Source: Salisapilia sapeloensis CBS 127946
Lineage: Eukaryota > Protista > Oomycota
Assembly (NCBI GenBank): GCA_023334545.1
Contig: JAADVB010000111.1
Coordinates: 1 to 56,634 of the forward strand
DNA: 56,634 nt
Reading direction: 5' to 3'
The notes under the pieces were generated by a model. That model made no database searches. It saw only the letters and a list, made by a program, of their open reading frames with translations, and was not told the DNA's origin. The number at the start of each line of letters is the position of its first letter. Position 1 is the stretch's first letter. Shown here in pieces: positions 11,821-23,309 of this stretch. A program made the translations under genes and the position numbers.

Positions 11821-13141
11821 TTAAGATCCTAGACCTTCCTTCAGACTAACGCACATCGGGACATTGCACGCCACTTCCTGACAGTGCATGACGTGATATG
11901 CAAATAACTCGGCAGTGACCTGTGCGATGCGAAAGCCTCGCCACGTCTCGTTGTGAGACGCCCAGCAAGAGCTACGTAGAAAACGCTTCATGTGACCACA
12001 AAGCTCCCGAAATATCGGATCCTTGCATGCTACGTCATCGCATGAGCAAGCGTGGATCAGTAGTCGATTGCTCTTATCTGCTTCGTTCTGGAACGAGTCA
12101 GCAATCTAGTCAGACGCATTAGAAGACGACAGAAACAGTAGCTTCGTATGTCCAGTACGTTTGCTGTAGGTGAGATGCCGAGAGGTACACCAGCCTCTTG
12201 CTTAATCGGCACGTCATCCGCAGCAGGCTGAGGTGTCTGTGTGGCAACTCCACTGCTTTGACATGTAGAACAGAACCAATCCCCTTGTGGAATAGAAGCC
12301 AATGGTGGGCTTAAGCAATATCGATGGTACGCTACGTAGATGTTACTATAAAAGTAATTGGAGATATATGTATACAAGTGATACCGTCATTGCATCCGTC
12401 GCATAACATGGTGTTCCCACTGTCATCTGTCTTATTGCACACACGGCATGGAGCATCGTCCTCTTCTTCACCAGCTTCCCCTTCATCGCTATAATCGCTA
12501 TTATCGCTCTTGTCTCCCATATTCTACACATCGTTCTTAATATACGTTCTGACTTGGTCAATAGCATAAAATACTTCATCTCCCATATCCATGACCACAT
12601 CTTCATTAGCTAGAGTACTAGTCGTATTAGTATCAGCTCCGGTCGACGCAGGGCTTGGCTCGGAGACAGGAGGAGCAGGTGTTGTTGGTCTACTAGTTTT
12701 ATTGCCATAGCGCTCCATCTCCTTTAGTTCTTCCATCGGATCAACTTCCGTCTGTTCTGCTTCACTCGATTGGCTCTGATAGTCGTGTAAATCGATTTCT
12801 GATGCGTCATTCGAGTTTAATGGACGACCTGGAGAGCCTTCGGCAGTAGCAAAGTGAGCTCCAGATCGACGCATATGACTGTCGCCTGGGTGTGGTGTTG
12901 GTTGCATTGCTGATTTATTTCTAGACGTGTTCGAAGGATTTTGAGGAGCTCCTGGAGCTGATCGTCGAGCTGTTTGGGCAGGAGGCTGAGCAGGAGGCTG
13001 AGATACAAACGTCCTGACTGGTGCCGAGTACGCACTGGAGGCTGGAAAGTTCTTGGCCATTATAGAGTCGACCGCTTTGCCCATGAGCGAGATATTGGGG
13101 TCATTCTCGATCTCCTTTCGCCAATCAAAGCGCTTCTCCAT
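11821..13141 (-). CDS. PHD finger + TAZ-type zinc finger nuclear protein; complement(join(11821..12105,12159..12331,12385..12523,12575..13141)), ~387 aa
   Basis: Three GT-AG introns of 51, 53 and 53 nt give a continuous frame (1164 nt). PHD: CRVC..MLCDGC..AYHRYCL..IPQGDWFCSTC. The last exon (not in the ORF track) reads LLIHACSCDDVAC..LCGHMKRFL..HVMHCQEVACNVPMC, which is TAZ-like. Confidence 0.85.
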
Positions 13142-13430
13142 GACAATCGTGTCCTTATGCGATAGAATAGCACTTCTGTGTCTGTCGCTGTTTATGTGAA
13201 CAGTATTGTATAAATAAGTGCTATCTGAATAGATTATAAAAGCTGAAAATAGCCAAAATATGCCTTTTATCGTAAAATTGTATACTAATAGGTGTCTTCA
13301 GCGACTGTTATCAAAAGAAGGGAAGCTTTCAATAGTATATATTGGCGCAAGCGTAGATCAAAGCCAAATGCTGCTAGCGAAAGCTTGTACGCGAGTGTAG
13401 GAACGATGTAGAAAATAAAATAAAAGAGAA

Positions 13431-13512
13431 TGTCAGCTGTGGGATTTGAACCCACGCGTACGAATACATTACGACCTGAACGTAACCCCTTAGACCACTC
13501 GGGCAAACTGAC
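13431..13512 (-). tRNA. tRNA-Leu(CAG): tRNA-Leu (anticodon CAG), copy 1
   Basis: 82-nt cloverleaf GTCAGTT-TG-CCCGAGTGGTCTAAGGG-G-TTACG-TT[CAG]GT-CGTAA-long variable arm-GTGGG-TTCAAAT-CCCAC-AGCTGAC-A, with a T-rich terminator downstream. Confidence 0.97.
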
Positions 13513-14613
13513 GCTGTTTCATTTAAACCAGTAAAAATATATATAACTTTTCATAGATGTTGTGATGTAGGCTTGATAGATTAGCAAAGGTGCTTCCGCT
13601 GACTGTGGACATTTACCCCCGTAAAGATGCTCAAACCCATTTATGATCCGCGCTTGACGCATTATTTGGTACAAGAAGTATAGTTGAGTCAATCTATCAA
13701 TACAATGTGCAATGTCCCTAGACTCCGCTTTCCAAGTTGCTACAATTATGGTCCGAGATAGTTTCTCACTGCTCATCCAGTCGATCTATTTCTGTGCACA
13801 ATTACATAGTGTAAGTCTTCCCATGTTCTGTAAAAAGAAGTTGTGGCGCATGCTACGATAGCTACTTGTTCTGGAGACACCCCTTGGAGCATTGCTAATC
13901 TTCCGAACTACCTATCCATGCAGACTACATGCCCGCTTATACTGCGTACATAGCCAGATAAGTAGGCGAATTTACCCTTATCTTTGCTTTGGTCATTGCA
14001 TGTTTAGCAACAGGATAAACGTCAGCCCTTCATGCATTCGAAAGGATACTGCTCTAAGTGGAGGGAACCGGTATTACTTTTTACTGTAAATAAATTCTTA
14101 GGCAGACACGAAACATTTTCAACTGCACATGGGCTAATATACTTGACCGCTATTAATGCTTCTGGAACATGTACATAATAGCATGACCTCGTGCAGCAAA
14201 AGGTTTGTACCCAAAGTTGCGCAAATTGCCTACTCCAGTACGCATAACGCAGGCTCAGCTGCATACACTTTAATGTATAAATCGACCGATTATAGACAAA
14301 GTATTTGATTTACATAGTTTTCGCTACAGCTATTACTTTACGGCATAAAGCATGCAATGGAAACACTAGCCCGACTGCTTGGTCAGTGACTGCTGCCCGT
14401 ATTCAAAAGTCCATGAATCAACATATTAAATGCGTTTTTTGTCGAAACCAAAGAATACAATCTTATGCGTTCAAGGGTATGCCCACCCTGTGTCTACTAA
14501 GTTTAAACTATACCTACTCCTATCCGTTTCCATCTTTGCACAGGAAGCAAATGCAGATTGCATCAATTTTAAAAACATACCTTATATACTTATGCTCTAG
14601 CGAAATTCATTAA

Positions 14614-14695
14614 GTCAGTTTGCCCGAGTGGTCTAAGGGGTTACGTTCAGGTCGTAATGTATTCGTACGCGTGGGTTCAAATCCCACAGCTGACA
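14614..14695 (+). tRNA. tRNA-Leu(CAG): tRNA-Leu (anticodon CAG), copy 2, identical to copy 1
   Basis: The same 82-nt sequence on the + strand, followed by TTTCCTTTTT. Confidence 0.97.
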
Positions 14696-16328
14696 TTTCC
14701 TTTTTGCCTTGTTGAGACCATGAGTGTATAAGACTGGCTTCACTCGTAGCATTTAAAAACCACTTATGCTTCATTTATCACAGATCTTTGTGAAAGCTGT
14801 TTGTGTGCCTGAAAGTAAATCACGTAGCAGGCGCAATCTTCCCTGAATCCAAATTGCTACACACGCCTACTTCTCTATGCTCACCGACATACGCATTCGC
14901 AGCACTGCTTATAATTCTGCAAGGCACTGTAATCATGCATACCGTGTACTTGCTAGCTTCCCTTTCAGCATTCTGCCTTCATGCAGAAATGGCGTTACGA
15001 TGTAGGTGAACATTCAATCGACACTCTCACATATCAGCGGCCAATGAACCACCTCTATGCTTTGGCCTGCACACGCTTTTTAAACGTTTGCTTCATAAGT
15101 ATGGAAATTAAAGAAGTCACTGAAGGCAAGTAGTCGGTTCTTGTGCTGTTTTAAATAGGAACCCTAAGAAAAGGAAACCGGGAAATAGACAAGATCGCCA
15201 GAGAGATGATGAGAATTATGGTCGAAGGTTCATACTCTATATCGGGCTCCCTGATCGGATAATCCCAGGTGAATGCATAAAGTTTTTCGATTATTTTCAA
15301 ATAGATTTTAACAACGAAGAGCTGCATGTTGATTCTTATTGAAAGTTTGTTTACCGAATGTGCACCCTTGACCAAGCGGCTCCGTCACACCGCTTGCATA
15401 TATCCCAATACATATACTTTGAGTCTCTGGCCGCGTTTTACGTAAGCTTTATCTACCACAGAAAATTTTAAAGAATACAGGCATGTTGTAATACGCCTTA
15501 CAATTTCCCAGGACTTTATTTTGAATACAAGATTCTAATTCTTTTCTCTGCTCTCTTTCTTTTTCGAATGGTAACCTAGGAACAAACTTCAACTATGACA
15601 CCGACTTGACATAAAATTTGTACGTAATGTCGGTACCTGATATCGGCGAGCTCCTGGAAATCGCCGAGACTACAGATTGTGCGCAAGATCGAGTCCACTA
15701 CGTAGTTCAAAGAAGGTACTTCAGGTCGTGGATCTATTCTATCTTTCTAAATTTAGCTACGGAGCTGAACCCACTACCACGTTCCCCTACGTAAACAATT
15801 ATCGACAGAGCTGCTCATCCTGATGTCATGTAATAGTTATGTGTCATCTTGTTGCATGGTGAAGTGGCACAAAGCGTCACTCGGTCCCTCTCGACACGAA
15901 GTTTCTGAGCAAAATTCTTGGTCAACGTGGCGGTGTTGTAAATGTTTCTCTTTGTCGTCTTCACGCTTATGGACACTATGGCATCCGGGTGATCCTGATT
16001 CCTACATAAGTTCGGAGGATACGATTGCTCCCGTCAAGGAAATGGGCATCTAGCCAGGTATTAGGATGCCCAGTGCGAGAAGAAATATTGCTTTATTGGG
16101 GCATTGTATGGCACTGTTACTTCAACAAGCCAAGGAAACTTGGGTAATGGAGTACATCTTGTGAAGTTCGACGTTACGAAGTATCTATCGCGCATCCCGG
16201 CTACCCGAACTATAACAGCAGAACCGTCTCGCAACTAGGAAGCGTGATATTGTTATCATAGTCTATTCATACGGTTGTCCACCCTAGCTTTCTCGTACTG
16301 TTGAGCCGCTAGATGATCACTCGTAACG

Positions 16329-16344
16329 TCACTTTTCAATTTGC
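16329..16344 (+). promoter_or_regulatory. Oomycete core promoter Inr + FPR upstream of the lipase gene
   Basis: TCACTTT-tc-AATTTGC fits Inr YCAYTYY plus FPR MWTTTNC, about 50 nt before ATG 16381. Confidence 0.7.
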
Positions 16345-16380
16345 TTTCCAAGCAGCAACAAGACTTCAACTCGGGTAACA

Positions 16381-17885
16381 ATGGCGCTACTCCGCTCTCT
16401 CATTCTACTCGCAGCTACCTTCACCTCCGTGGCCGTGGCCGAGAACAACTATCCCATCATTCTGGTGCATGGCTTTTCAGGATGGGGACGCAATGAACTC
16501 TCCATGGTACAATATTGGGGAGCTATGCAAGGCGACCTTCAGGAGGAGCTTAATTCTCAAGGTTATACGGTGTATACTGCATCCGTTGGCCCATTCTCTT
16601 CCAACTGGGATCGTGCATGTGAGTTATACGCTCAGATCAAGGGTGGTGCTGTACATTACGGAGACAGCCACTCTTCTCAGTTTGTCCATAAGCCTACAAT
16701 CGGAGAATCTGAAGGACTGTACCCTGAATGGGGCGAGGAAGACGAGAATGGAAACATCAAAAAAGTGCATCTTGTTGGCCACTCCATGGGTAAGCGCTTA
16801 CAACTGTCAAATATATACATGTTCAGCATGATGATTGATGTCTGCATATGATAGGTGGACAAACGGTGAGAATGCTTGCACAACTACTTGCCCATGGCAC
16901 AGAAGGCGCTCCAGTGGACGAGGATCCGTCTTCGCACGAGCTGTTTGCTGGTGGACACGACTGGGTGGCATCCGTCACCACCATCGCCACACCCAATCAA
17001 GGCACCTTGCTTGCTGGAGGCCTGCCCTCTTCGTCAGAATTTGTAAAGAACTTCCTTGGGTCGACACTCTCTTTGGCCGATGACGAAGATGACACTACCA
17101 ATGCCAACTATGATGCGGAATTAGAACAATATGGAATCGAAGGCAAGGGCTCGGATGAAGGCATCTCGGATTACATCGATCGTATATTCTCCTCGAAGAT
17201 GTTTGAACCTGGTTTCAAAGACAACGCCCTCTGGAGTTTATCGACGACTGGAGCTGCTGAAGAAAATGATTGGGTGACAACGCTGCCAAACGTATACTAC
17301 TTCAGCTTCTCGACGGCGGACACTCATGCATCCTACAACGCGGTCGGACAAAATGTCCAAAGACCGAACACATTGACTATGATGCCCACGATCCAAGCCT
17401 CCGCTACCATCCTCGGAGGTCGCTACGGCCCAAGTCTTGGTTTTTCGGAAGATTGGCAGCAGAATGACGGTGTTGTGAATACAATTTCGATGCGCAATGT
17501 CGGCGACGGAAACAGTCAGTCGTTCGATGGAACTGCTGTCGCGGGTACTTGGAACGAGATGGAGTTATTGGATAAAATGGACCATCTCGCAATCGTCGGA
17601 ATGACCCTTCATACTCAGGTCTTGGACATCTATACTGCGCATGCAGAGCTGCTTTACAGTCTAAATGACCCAGATACCGCTTCGAACACAACTGCCCAGA
17701 CCAAGGCAAGCAACGTTCACAACACCATCGCTTCGGCAAAGAATTCCGCTCAAAATACCGATACAAAGGAAGACCTGGAGACATTGTGCGCCTCCAACGC
17801 GTACAGTAAGATGGCGCAGAAGTACTGCAAGCAACTTCTCGACAACTACGAAAAGGAGCAACCCCGTTTGAGATTTGGAGCGTAA
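16381..17885 (+). CDS. Secreted lipase, Staphylococcus/Geobacillus (family I.5/I.6)-like alpha/beta hydrolase; join(16381..16789,16855..17885)
   Basis: Signal peptide MALLRSLILLAATFTSVAVA; YPIILVHGFSGWGR; ASVGPFSSNWDRACELYAQIKG. A 65-nt intron (16790-16854) splits the nucleophile elbow GHSMG|GQT. NDGVVNT (Asp) and MDHLAIVG (His) complete the triad. Confidence 0.92.
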
Positions 17886-18969
17886 TGCAATGGCAAGCGT
17901 GGCGAGGCAACCATGGCTTGAATACTTCATCATTTCCTTGCGTTTAAATTTCACCATCAGCTTCTGAGATGGCCTATTTGCCCAGGTTCTGGTCAAAGTA
18001 GACCTAGGGTTTAGAAGTAGATAAGCAAATCTCATTTTGACTTTTACTGGAAACGATTTAAAGTCTTTACAGCTTCAATTTACATGACGAATACTTAACG
18101 CTAAAGCGACTGCATGAGACACAGTAGATGCTACTTTTCCGAATATCATGGCTACATTAATGCACTACTTTGTAATGACGATTTGACTAGAAGCACCGCC
18201 AAATCCTTTACATAGCTACCGCGAGCTCCCTCAAGTACAGACTATCTGTGGTAACCAACGACCTTACAACATTTGTGAATATCTGTGTGGATACCATGAG
18301 ATCGACTCATATTTTTTACGTCGGACATCGTGAAAACGATGAGGCAAATACGAGAGGTTGCATGCTCACGTCAGGATAGACTTGTGCGCCGGGCTATCCA
18401 AAGTAGCAACAAATCACTGTCGCCTCCAATTATACCAATTTTAAACGTTTTACGTTGTTCGTAGTCTGGCGTGTACGCTTCACCACGGATCAACTTAAAT
18501 AACGCCTTACAGCTTTCCTTAATCAGGCCATTCATGATCTATAAATATACCCATTCATCTGGATTTCTCTTTATGATTTAGCGAGCCGGTTTTGATACAT
18601 GCACAAAATTTTATTAATGGCCGCGAAAATGGCGACACAGCTACGTACTTCTGACTTAGGTGTTTTCACATGGATACCCTGCAAAAGCCACTATCTGTCC
18701 TATTCCATGAACTATAGGGCGATATAATGGAGACAAAGCCATGGCTAAGACGGCTGACGAATTGTAGGATATAAACCTACCTATCTACTTTTTCAAGTGC
18801 ATCATGTAAAATATAGTATCAAAGAAACTCTGAATCGATGTAAAGGTGGCTTACTTCGTAGCAGTTGCCATCCAGTACCGTGCGGCAGGTACCTGCTCAC
18901 AGCCCACTGTATCATTCCAACTTTCGCACTGCCCGACCAACGTACCCGTTGTAGAAGTCATTTGATAAG

Positions 18970-21213
18970 ATGCGATTCCTACTGGCACTTGTAGCAGCGC
19001 TTGTTACGAGTACGTCAACGACTTGTGCGAAAGAGGCAAAGGAATATCCGACCAAGTCCGGGATCAAGCCATGGGTGGACCCAGACACACCGAGCAGCCA
19101 TTATAACCACACAACATCTCGCGGTGAGACGTGGGAGCTTGTCATGTCGGACGAGTTTAATGTACCCGACCGGAGCTTTAAGCCTGGAAAAGATCATCTC
19201 TGGACATCACTTGAGAAACCGGATGGCGTCAACGGAGCTCTTGAGCTTTATTCTCACAACATGACTTCAACGGCTTGTGACAAGGATAAGGATGGAGAAG
19301 AAACGTGCTACTTTTACATTAAAGTCATGGACGAAGTGAACACAATTCATATTTACAATGCGTACCTGAGCCCTCCGGACTACGAAGACGTCGATTTCTA
19401 TTACCGGGCAGGGATGGTGCAAGGTTGGAACAAGTTCTGCTTCCAAGGCGGAATGATCGAAGTGCGTGCGCAGCTACCAGGAGCTGTTAGTTCCAAGTCT
19501 GGAAACCCTGATCTATCCAAAGGACCGTCGGGTGTGGTCGAAGCTGAAGATTATTATCCGACATGGCCTGGCATTTGGATGTTGGGAAATTTGGGTCGAG
19601 CTATCTTTACTGGATCCACGAGTCGGATGTGGCCATTCTCATACGACGACTGTAATGAAGATGTCTTCCCTTCTTCCAATCAACGCATCAGTGCCTGCGA
19701 TGATGATCCGGGATACGGATTAAATCCGAATCAAGGCCGTGGGGCACCTGAAATTGATATCCTGGAAGGAGGTGGCACGCATATTTCTAGCTCCTTGCAA
19801 GTCGCACCAGGCATGCCGGAAGACTTCCGGCTATTTGAGGCGGATGCCGAGGGTGCCGACAGTGCCAATCCTTCCTGTGTTTATTCATATGACTGTAAAA
19901 CGCCCGGTGCTAATTACATTGACGTGCCGGCCGATTACTATATGAAAAAGCGAGGACACAAGAGTTGGTACCAAGGCCTTCGATATGCTGCGAATAATTT
20001 CTGTGATCCCATACCAGGCGAGAAACAAACATACGAAGCGGTGTCGAAGTCAGTCAAGAAAGGGGTGGAAAAGAATACTTGCAGTACTTCGACCTGCCCA
20101 GCATCGTATGATGTGAATTCAGATTTAGATTACATCGACGGTGTTGGCCCAGACCATTGGGGCATCAATTCGAACGGAACTTGTTACCCAGTCATGAACT
20201 CGTACATGGGAGCTTACTTATGTGACCCGGACAACACGAACGAACTGTGCTCGGAACCTCGCAACTCATCGACGAAGCCAACCGGCATTATGGAGCCTTT
20301 CAACTATCAAATGGACGCCGTTTCGTCCAATTGGCCAGTCCATGTCGGAGCGTATACCGACTACCTAAAATACCAAGTTGAGTGGGTGACTGGAACGAAA
20401 GGATACGTTCGATGGATGTTGGATGGCCATCCTCTCTTCGAGGTCACGTCTGACGCATTTTCAAACGTCCCACAGAACAAAAAGAAGAACAACCCGTCCA
20501 AGATGATGATTGAAGAGCCCATGTATCTCATTTTCAACGTTGCCTTGTCCAGTTCTTGGGGTGCTACGCCACCAAATGCTGGCGAGAAATGTCGTGGAGA
20601 TGGCTCGGATCCTACCGCAAATGCTATTTGCAACGACTTCCCTCTGTATATGAAGATTGACTACATTCGTCTTTATCAAGACACGAGTGGTGATTTAAAG
20701 GATGGGTCGATTATGAGCATCGGTTGCAATCCCGATACGCATCCGACGCAAAAGTGGATTGAAGAACATTTAAGTGAGTACGAAGACGAAGACAACAAGA
20801 TGAAGGAAGTGACAGGGAAAGCCTTTTGCAGAGATGATGACGATTGTACCATCGGAAACTCTGGTCCTCGTAGTCTCTTTTTCACTGGTAAATGCGAAAA
20901 AAATCGATGCAAATGCACTCACGCTGATTCGTGGGGCGGACCTCGGTGCACAACGACATTAGCCGAAACATCGAATGATTTATCCCATCGCGTCTATGGT
21001 CCTCCAATGGGGCTTTCGATCGGAGTCGGTGTGCTCTCACTTGCTCTCACCATAGCTTCCATGTGGTTTTCAGGACGACAAGCATCTAGAGCGAGAGACG
21101 CATTGGCGAGACGAATCGAAGAGAAGGAAGCGATGAAGGCATCTTCAAACGACCAACGATTAGATGAATCGCTTCGAGTGCCGAAGGATAACTACAAACA
21201 AAACTTTGTTTAA
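18970..21213 (+). CDS. Beta-glucan synthesis-associated KRE6/SKN1-like GH16 protein
   Basis: Signal peptide; WELVMSDEFN, YRAGMVQGWNKFCFQGG, WPGIWMLGNLGRA, GRGAPEIDILE (GH16 ExDxxE), PMYLIFNVALS, MKIDYIRLYQ; C-terminal Cys-rich module and one TM helix. Confidence 0.92.
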   Translation: MRFLLALVAALVTSTSTTCAKEAKEYPTKSGIKPWVDPDTPSSHYNHTTSRGETWELVMSDEFNVPDRSFKPGKDHLWTSLEKPDGVNGALELYSHNMTSTACDKDKDGEETCYFYIKVMDEVNTIHIYNAYLSPPDYEDVDFYYRAGMVQGWNKFCFQGGMIEVRAQLPGAVSSKSGNPDLSKGPSGVVEAEDYYPTWPGIWMLGNLGRAIFTGSTSRMWPFSYDDCNEDVFPSSNQRISACDDDPGYGLNPNQGRGAPEIDILEGGGTHISSSLQVAPGMPEDFRLFEADAEGADSANPSCVYSYDCKTPGANYIDVPADYYMKKRGHKSWYQGLRYAANNFCDPIPGEKQTYEAVSKSVKKGVEKNTCSTSTCPASYDVNSDLDYIDGVGPDHWGINSNGTCYPVMNSYMGAYLCDPDNTNELCSEPRNSSTKPTGIMEPFNYQMDAVSSNWPVHVGAYTDYLKYQVEWVTGTKGYVRWMLDGHPLFEVTSDAFSNVPQNKKKNNPSKMMIEEPMYLIFNVALSSSWGATPPNAGEKCRGDGSDPTANAICNDFPLYMKIDYIRLYQDTSGDLKDGSIMSIGCNPDTHPTQKWIEEHLSEYEDEDNKMKEVTGKAFCRDDDDCTIGNSGPRSLFFTGKCEKNRCKCTHADSWGGPRCTTTLAETSNDLSHRVYGPPMGLSIGVGVLSLALTIASMWFSGRQASRARDALARRIEEKEAMKASSNDQRLDESLRVPKDNYKQNFV

Positions 21214-21400
21214 AGAAAGCATAATATTGTTAACTTTTTTAGTGACGATAAACGCCTTTGCTACAACTTGTATTTCTTGTATCCATCAGGTGAGCTACCT
21301 ACGACGAAGCTTTATGACGAATGCCGACAGGAAAGATTCACATTAAGTGGCACTGCATATTGATACGAATCACCATTTGTGTTGTTCATAAGAATTTTAT

Positions 21401-22363
21401 TTATAATACAGTCGTTGGAGTACTCTTCTTCCATTGAAGAGTAGATCGCATCGACTTCATACTGTACTTGCTACAATTTTCACTTGAACTTGATTCAAGT
21501 CGAGGAGAGCCAGGAAACTCTTCTTTTGGTGTACCCTCGTCTTGCATCTCCTCGTCTTCAATGGTGGTCATCGTCAGTTTCGTCTCGTGTTCGCTTTCCG
21601 GCGTTAAAAATAGCTTCTTCGAGTCTCTGCTCGAGAGGATAGAAGGTCCCCACTTTCTTGATGCTAAGACCTTTAGCCTGGCAGTTGGTAATCGCTGCAC
21701 TTGCCACATACTGAACACTTCTTCATCTGGACATTGCCATTGATGCAATGCACACATGGAACAACAGAAGCCATCAGACTCGACTTCATCGTCCAATCGT
21801 CTTGTCATTTGACCGACATTTCCTTTCACCGGTGTCTTGAGGTCGGCGTACGAGCCGAGTTGATGGGGAGCTTGCATGTCGTTTCGACAGAGGAAGTTGA
21901 CAAAGACGTCTGCAACTTTGTTTGATAGCACGGGGCACTTTTGATTCGTTGGACTCAAGATGACTCGCTGCAGTGTCTTGAGGATGTAATGGAGCTTGAT
22001 GGATTTACGCCTCGAGACCTTGGCATAGCCTGTGGTGGAGAAGGAACCTGGGAAGCCGAGACTGAGAAATGCATCGACCCAAGGGCATTCGGCGATGCAA
22101 TTGTGCGATCGAGATATGGCTTTCCGAAGGCTACCACGGAGCTTTTGAAAGTCACGTAGCGAGTGCGGCCGTGTCCACGAAGCAAAACTTTTCGAATGAT
22201 ATACGTTGAGCACAAACATGTTGGCAGAGACATCCGCCCGTACGTCAAAGGACAATTGACTGAGGAAATGGGCATTGAATGAACTTCGTTGGATGCTGTC
22301 GTCCTGCTCGTAGGGGTGGTATGCCGCAGCACATTTCGGATGGTGGTTATCCATGACACCCAT
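21401..22363 (-). CDS. Hypothetical protein with PX-like N-terminal domain (oomycete family) and low-complexity tail
   Basis: Long open frame with pattern WTRPHSLRDFQKLRGSL..HNCIAECPW..FP..SRRK..L..L..NQKCPVL..VFVNFL, resembling oomycete PX-like domains. The start is ATG 22363 or 22354; the downstream Cys motif is degenerate. Confidence 0.6.
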   Translation of the reverse strand: MGVMDNHHPKCAAAYHPYEQDDSIQRSSFNAHFLSQLSFDVRADVSANMFVLNVYHSKSFASWTRPHSLRDFQKLRGSLRKAISRSHNCIAECPWVDAFLSLGFPGSFSTTGYAKVSRRKSIKLHYILKTLQRVILSPTNQKCPVLSNKVADVFVNFLCRNDMQAPHQLGSYADLKTPVKGNVGQMTRRLDDEVESDGFCCSMCALHQWQCPDEEVFSMWQVQRLPTARLKVLASRKWGPSILSSRDSKKLFLTPESEHETKLTMTTIEDEEMQDEGTPKEEFPGSPRLESSSSENCSKYSMKSMRSTLQWKKSTPTTVL

Positions 22364-23309
22364 CACTACCTTCTTTTTCAATCCAGGCGAGTGGCACTAC
22401 TTCTGAAGGAGCAGACGAAAACTGGAATGAAGGCTTGGTTTCGTCGGAATAAAATTTATGGTTACGATGTCCGTAGATTTCCACCAGCCACTATGATCTC
22501 GTCGAGAGCAAGTAATGCCGAGACAAGTATACTGAATTGTTCCTTACTCTCGATGGATGGAGTTGACGAATAAAGAACTGTCACTCACCTAATTACTTTC
22601 GACAGATGCACTACCCAGAATAGTTCCTTTTGATCTTTCAGCATCTGATGTCATGTGAATCAACCATGCAGTCTGCAGTAGAAGTTGATGGAAAGGGGAA
22701 GCCACCCAACCACGACGTACTCGGCACTGTCGTCACCCCTTGCGGTAGACATGGAAGCTATATATAGGGTAGCACATTGCACTTGAAGTCTTCAGAAGAT
22801 CGAGTATTCGTCATCCGTGCATTTGACGTATACGACGAGCTTTTTCACACACTAGAAATCATTTGGCGAGATTACTACTCGTCGAGGAACTGTCTGTGTT
22901 CTGTTGACGCAATGCAATGGTCGGAAGATAGTCTCCATCAACTTAGCGTACCCACCACGAACTTGTGGCCTTCTCCAACTTGCATTCGACCGTACTCGAC
23001 CTAGCTTAGCAACAAACAAACATCCTTCATACATTCCAACATGATTTGATTTGAATTAATTGAATATGAACCACGATTACCAGAACGGTCAAATCAAATA
23101 CTGTCGCGAAATACACTTTGTACTACATTTTGTACGTACCACACTTTCACAACAATTCCATCTATCCTTTAGTCCTCATTCCATCGCTTCTTCTCGTCGA
23201 AATCGCCATCGACCGCCATCCCAAGGTCGTCAGCCCCTGTGCCACATTATGAAACATTCTACCTTCCTGCAACCTTCCACACTGAATTCGCCTTTTGGAA
23301 GACAGTCGA

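Noticed and set aside
13285-13506. ORF MPEWSKGLRSGRNVFVRVGSNPTAD
   Set aside because: It is a translation of the tRNA-Leu gene.
14700-16300. Short open frames in the spacer before the lipase (e.g. 15627-15794 MSVPDIGELLE.., 15823-16053)
   Set aside because: No recognisable protein, transposase or RT motif; it could be decayed sequence but I cannot support a call.
22777-23034. Overlapping short ORFs between the PX-like and M96-like genes
   Set aside because: Non-ATG starts and no motifs; probably the divergent promoter region.
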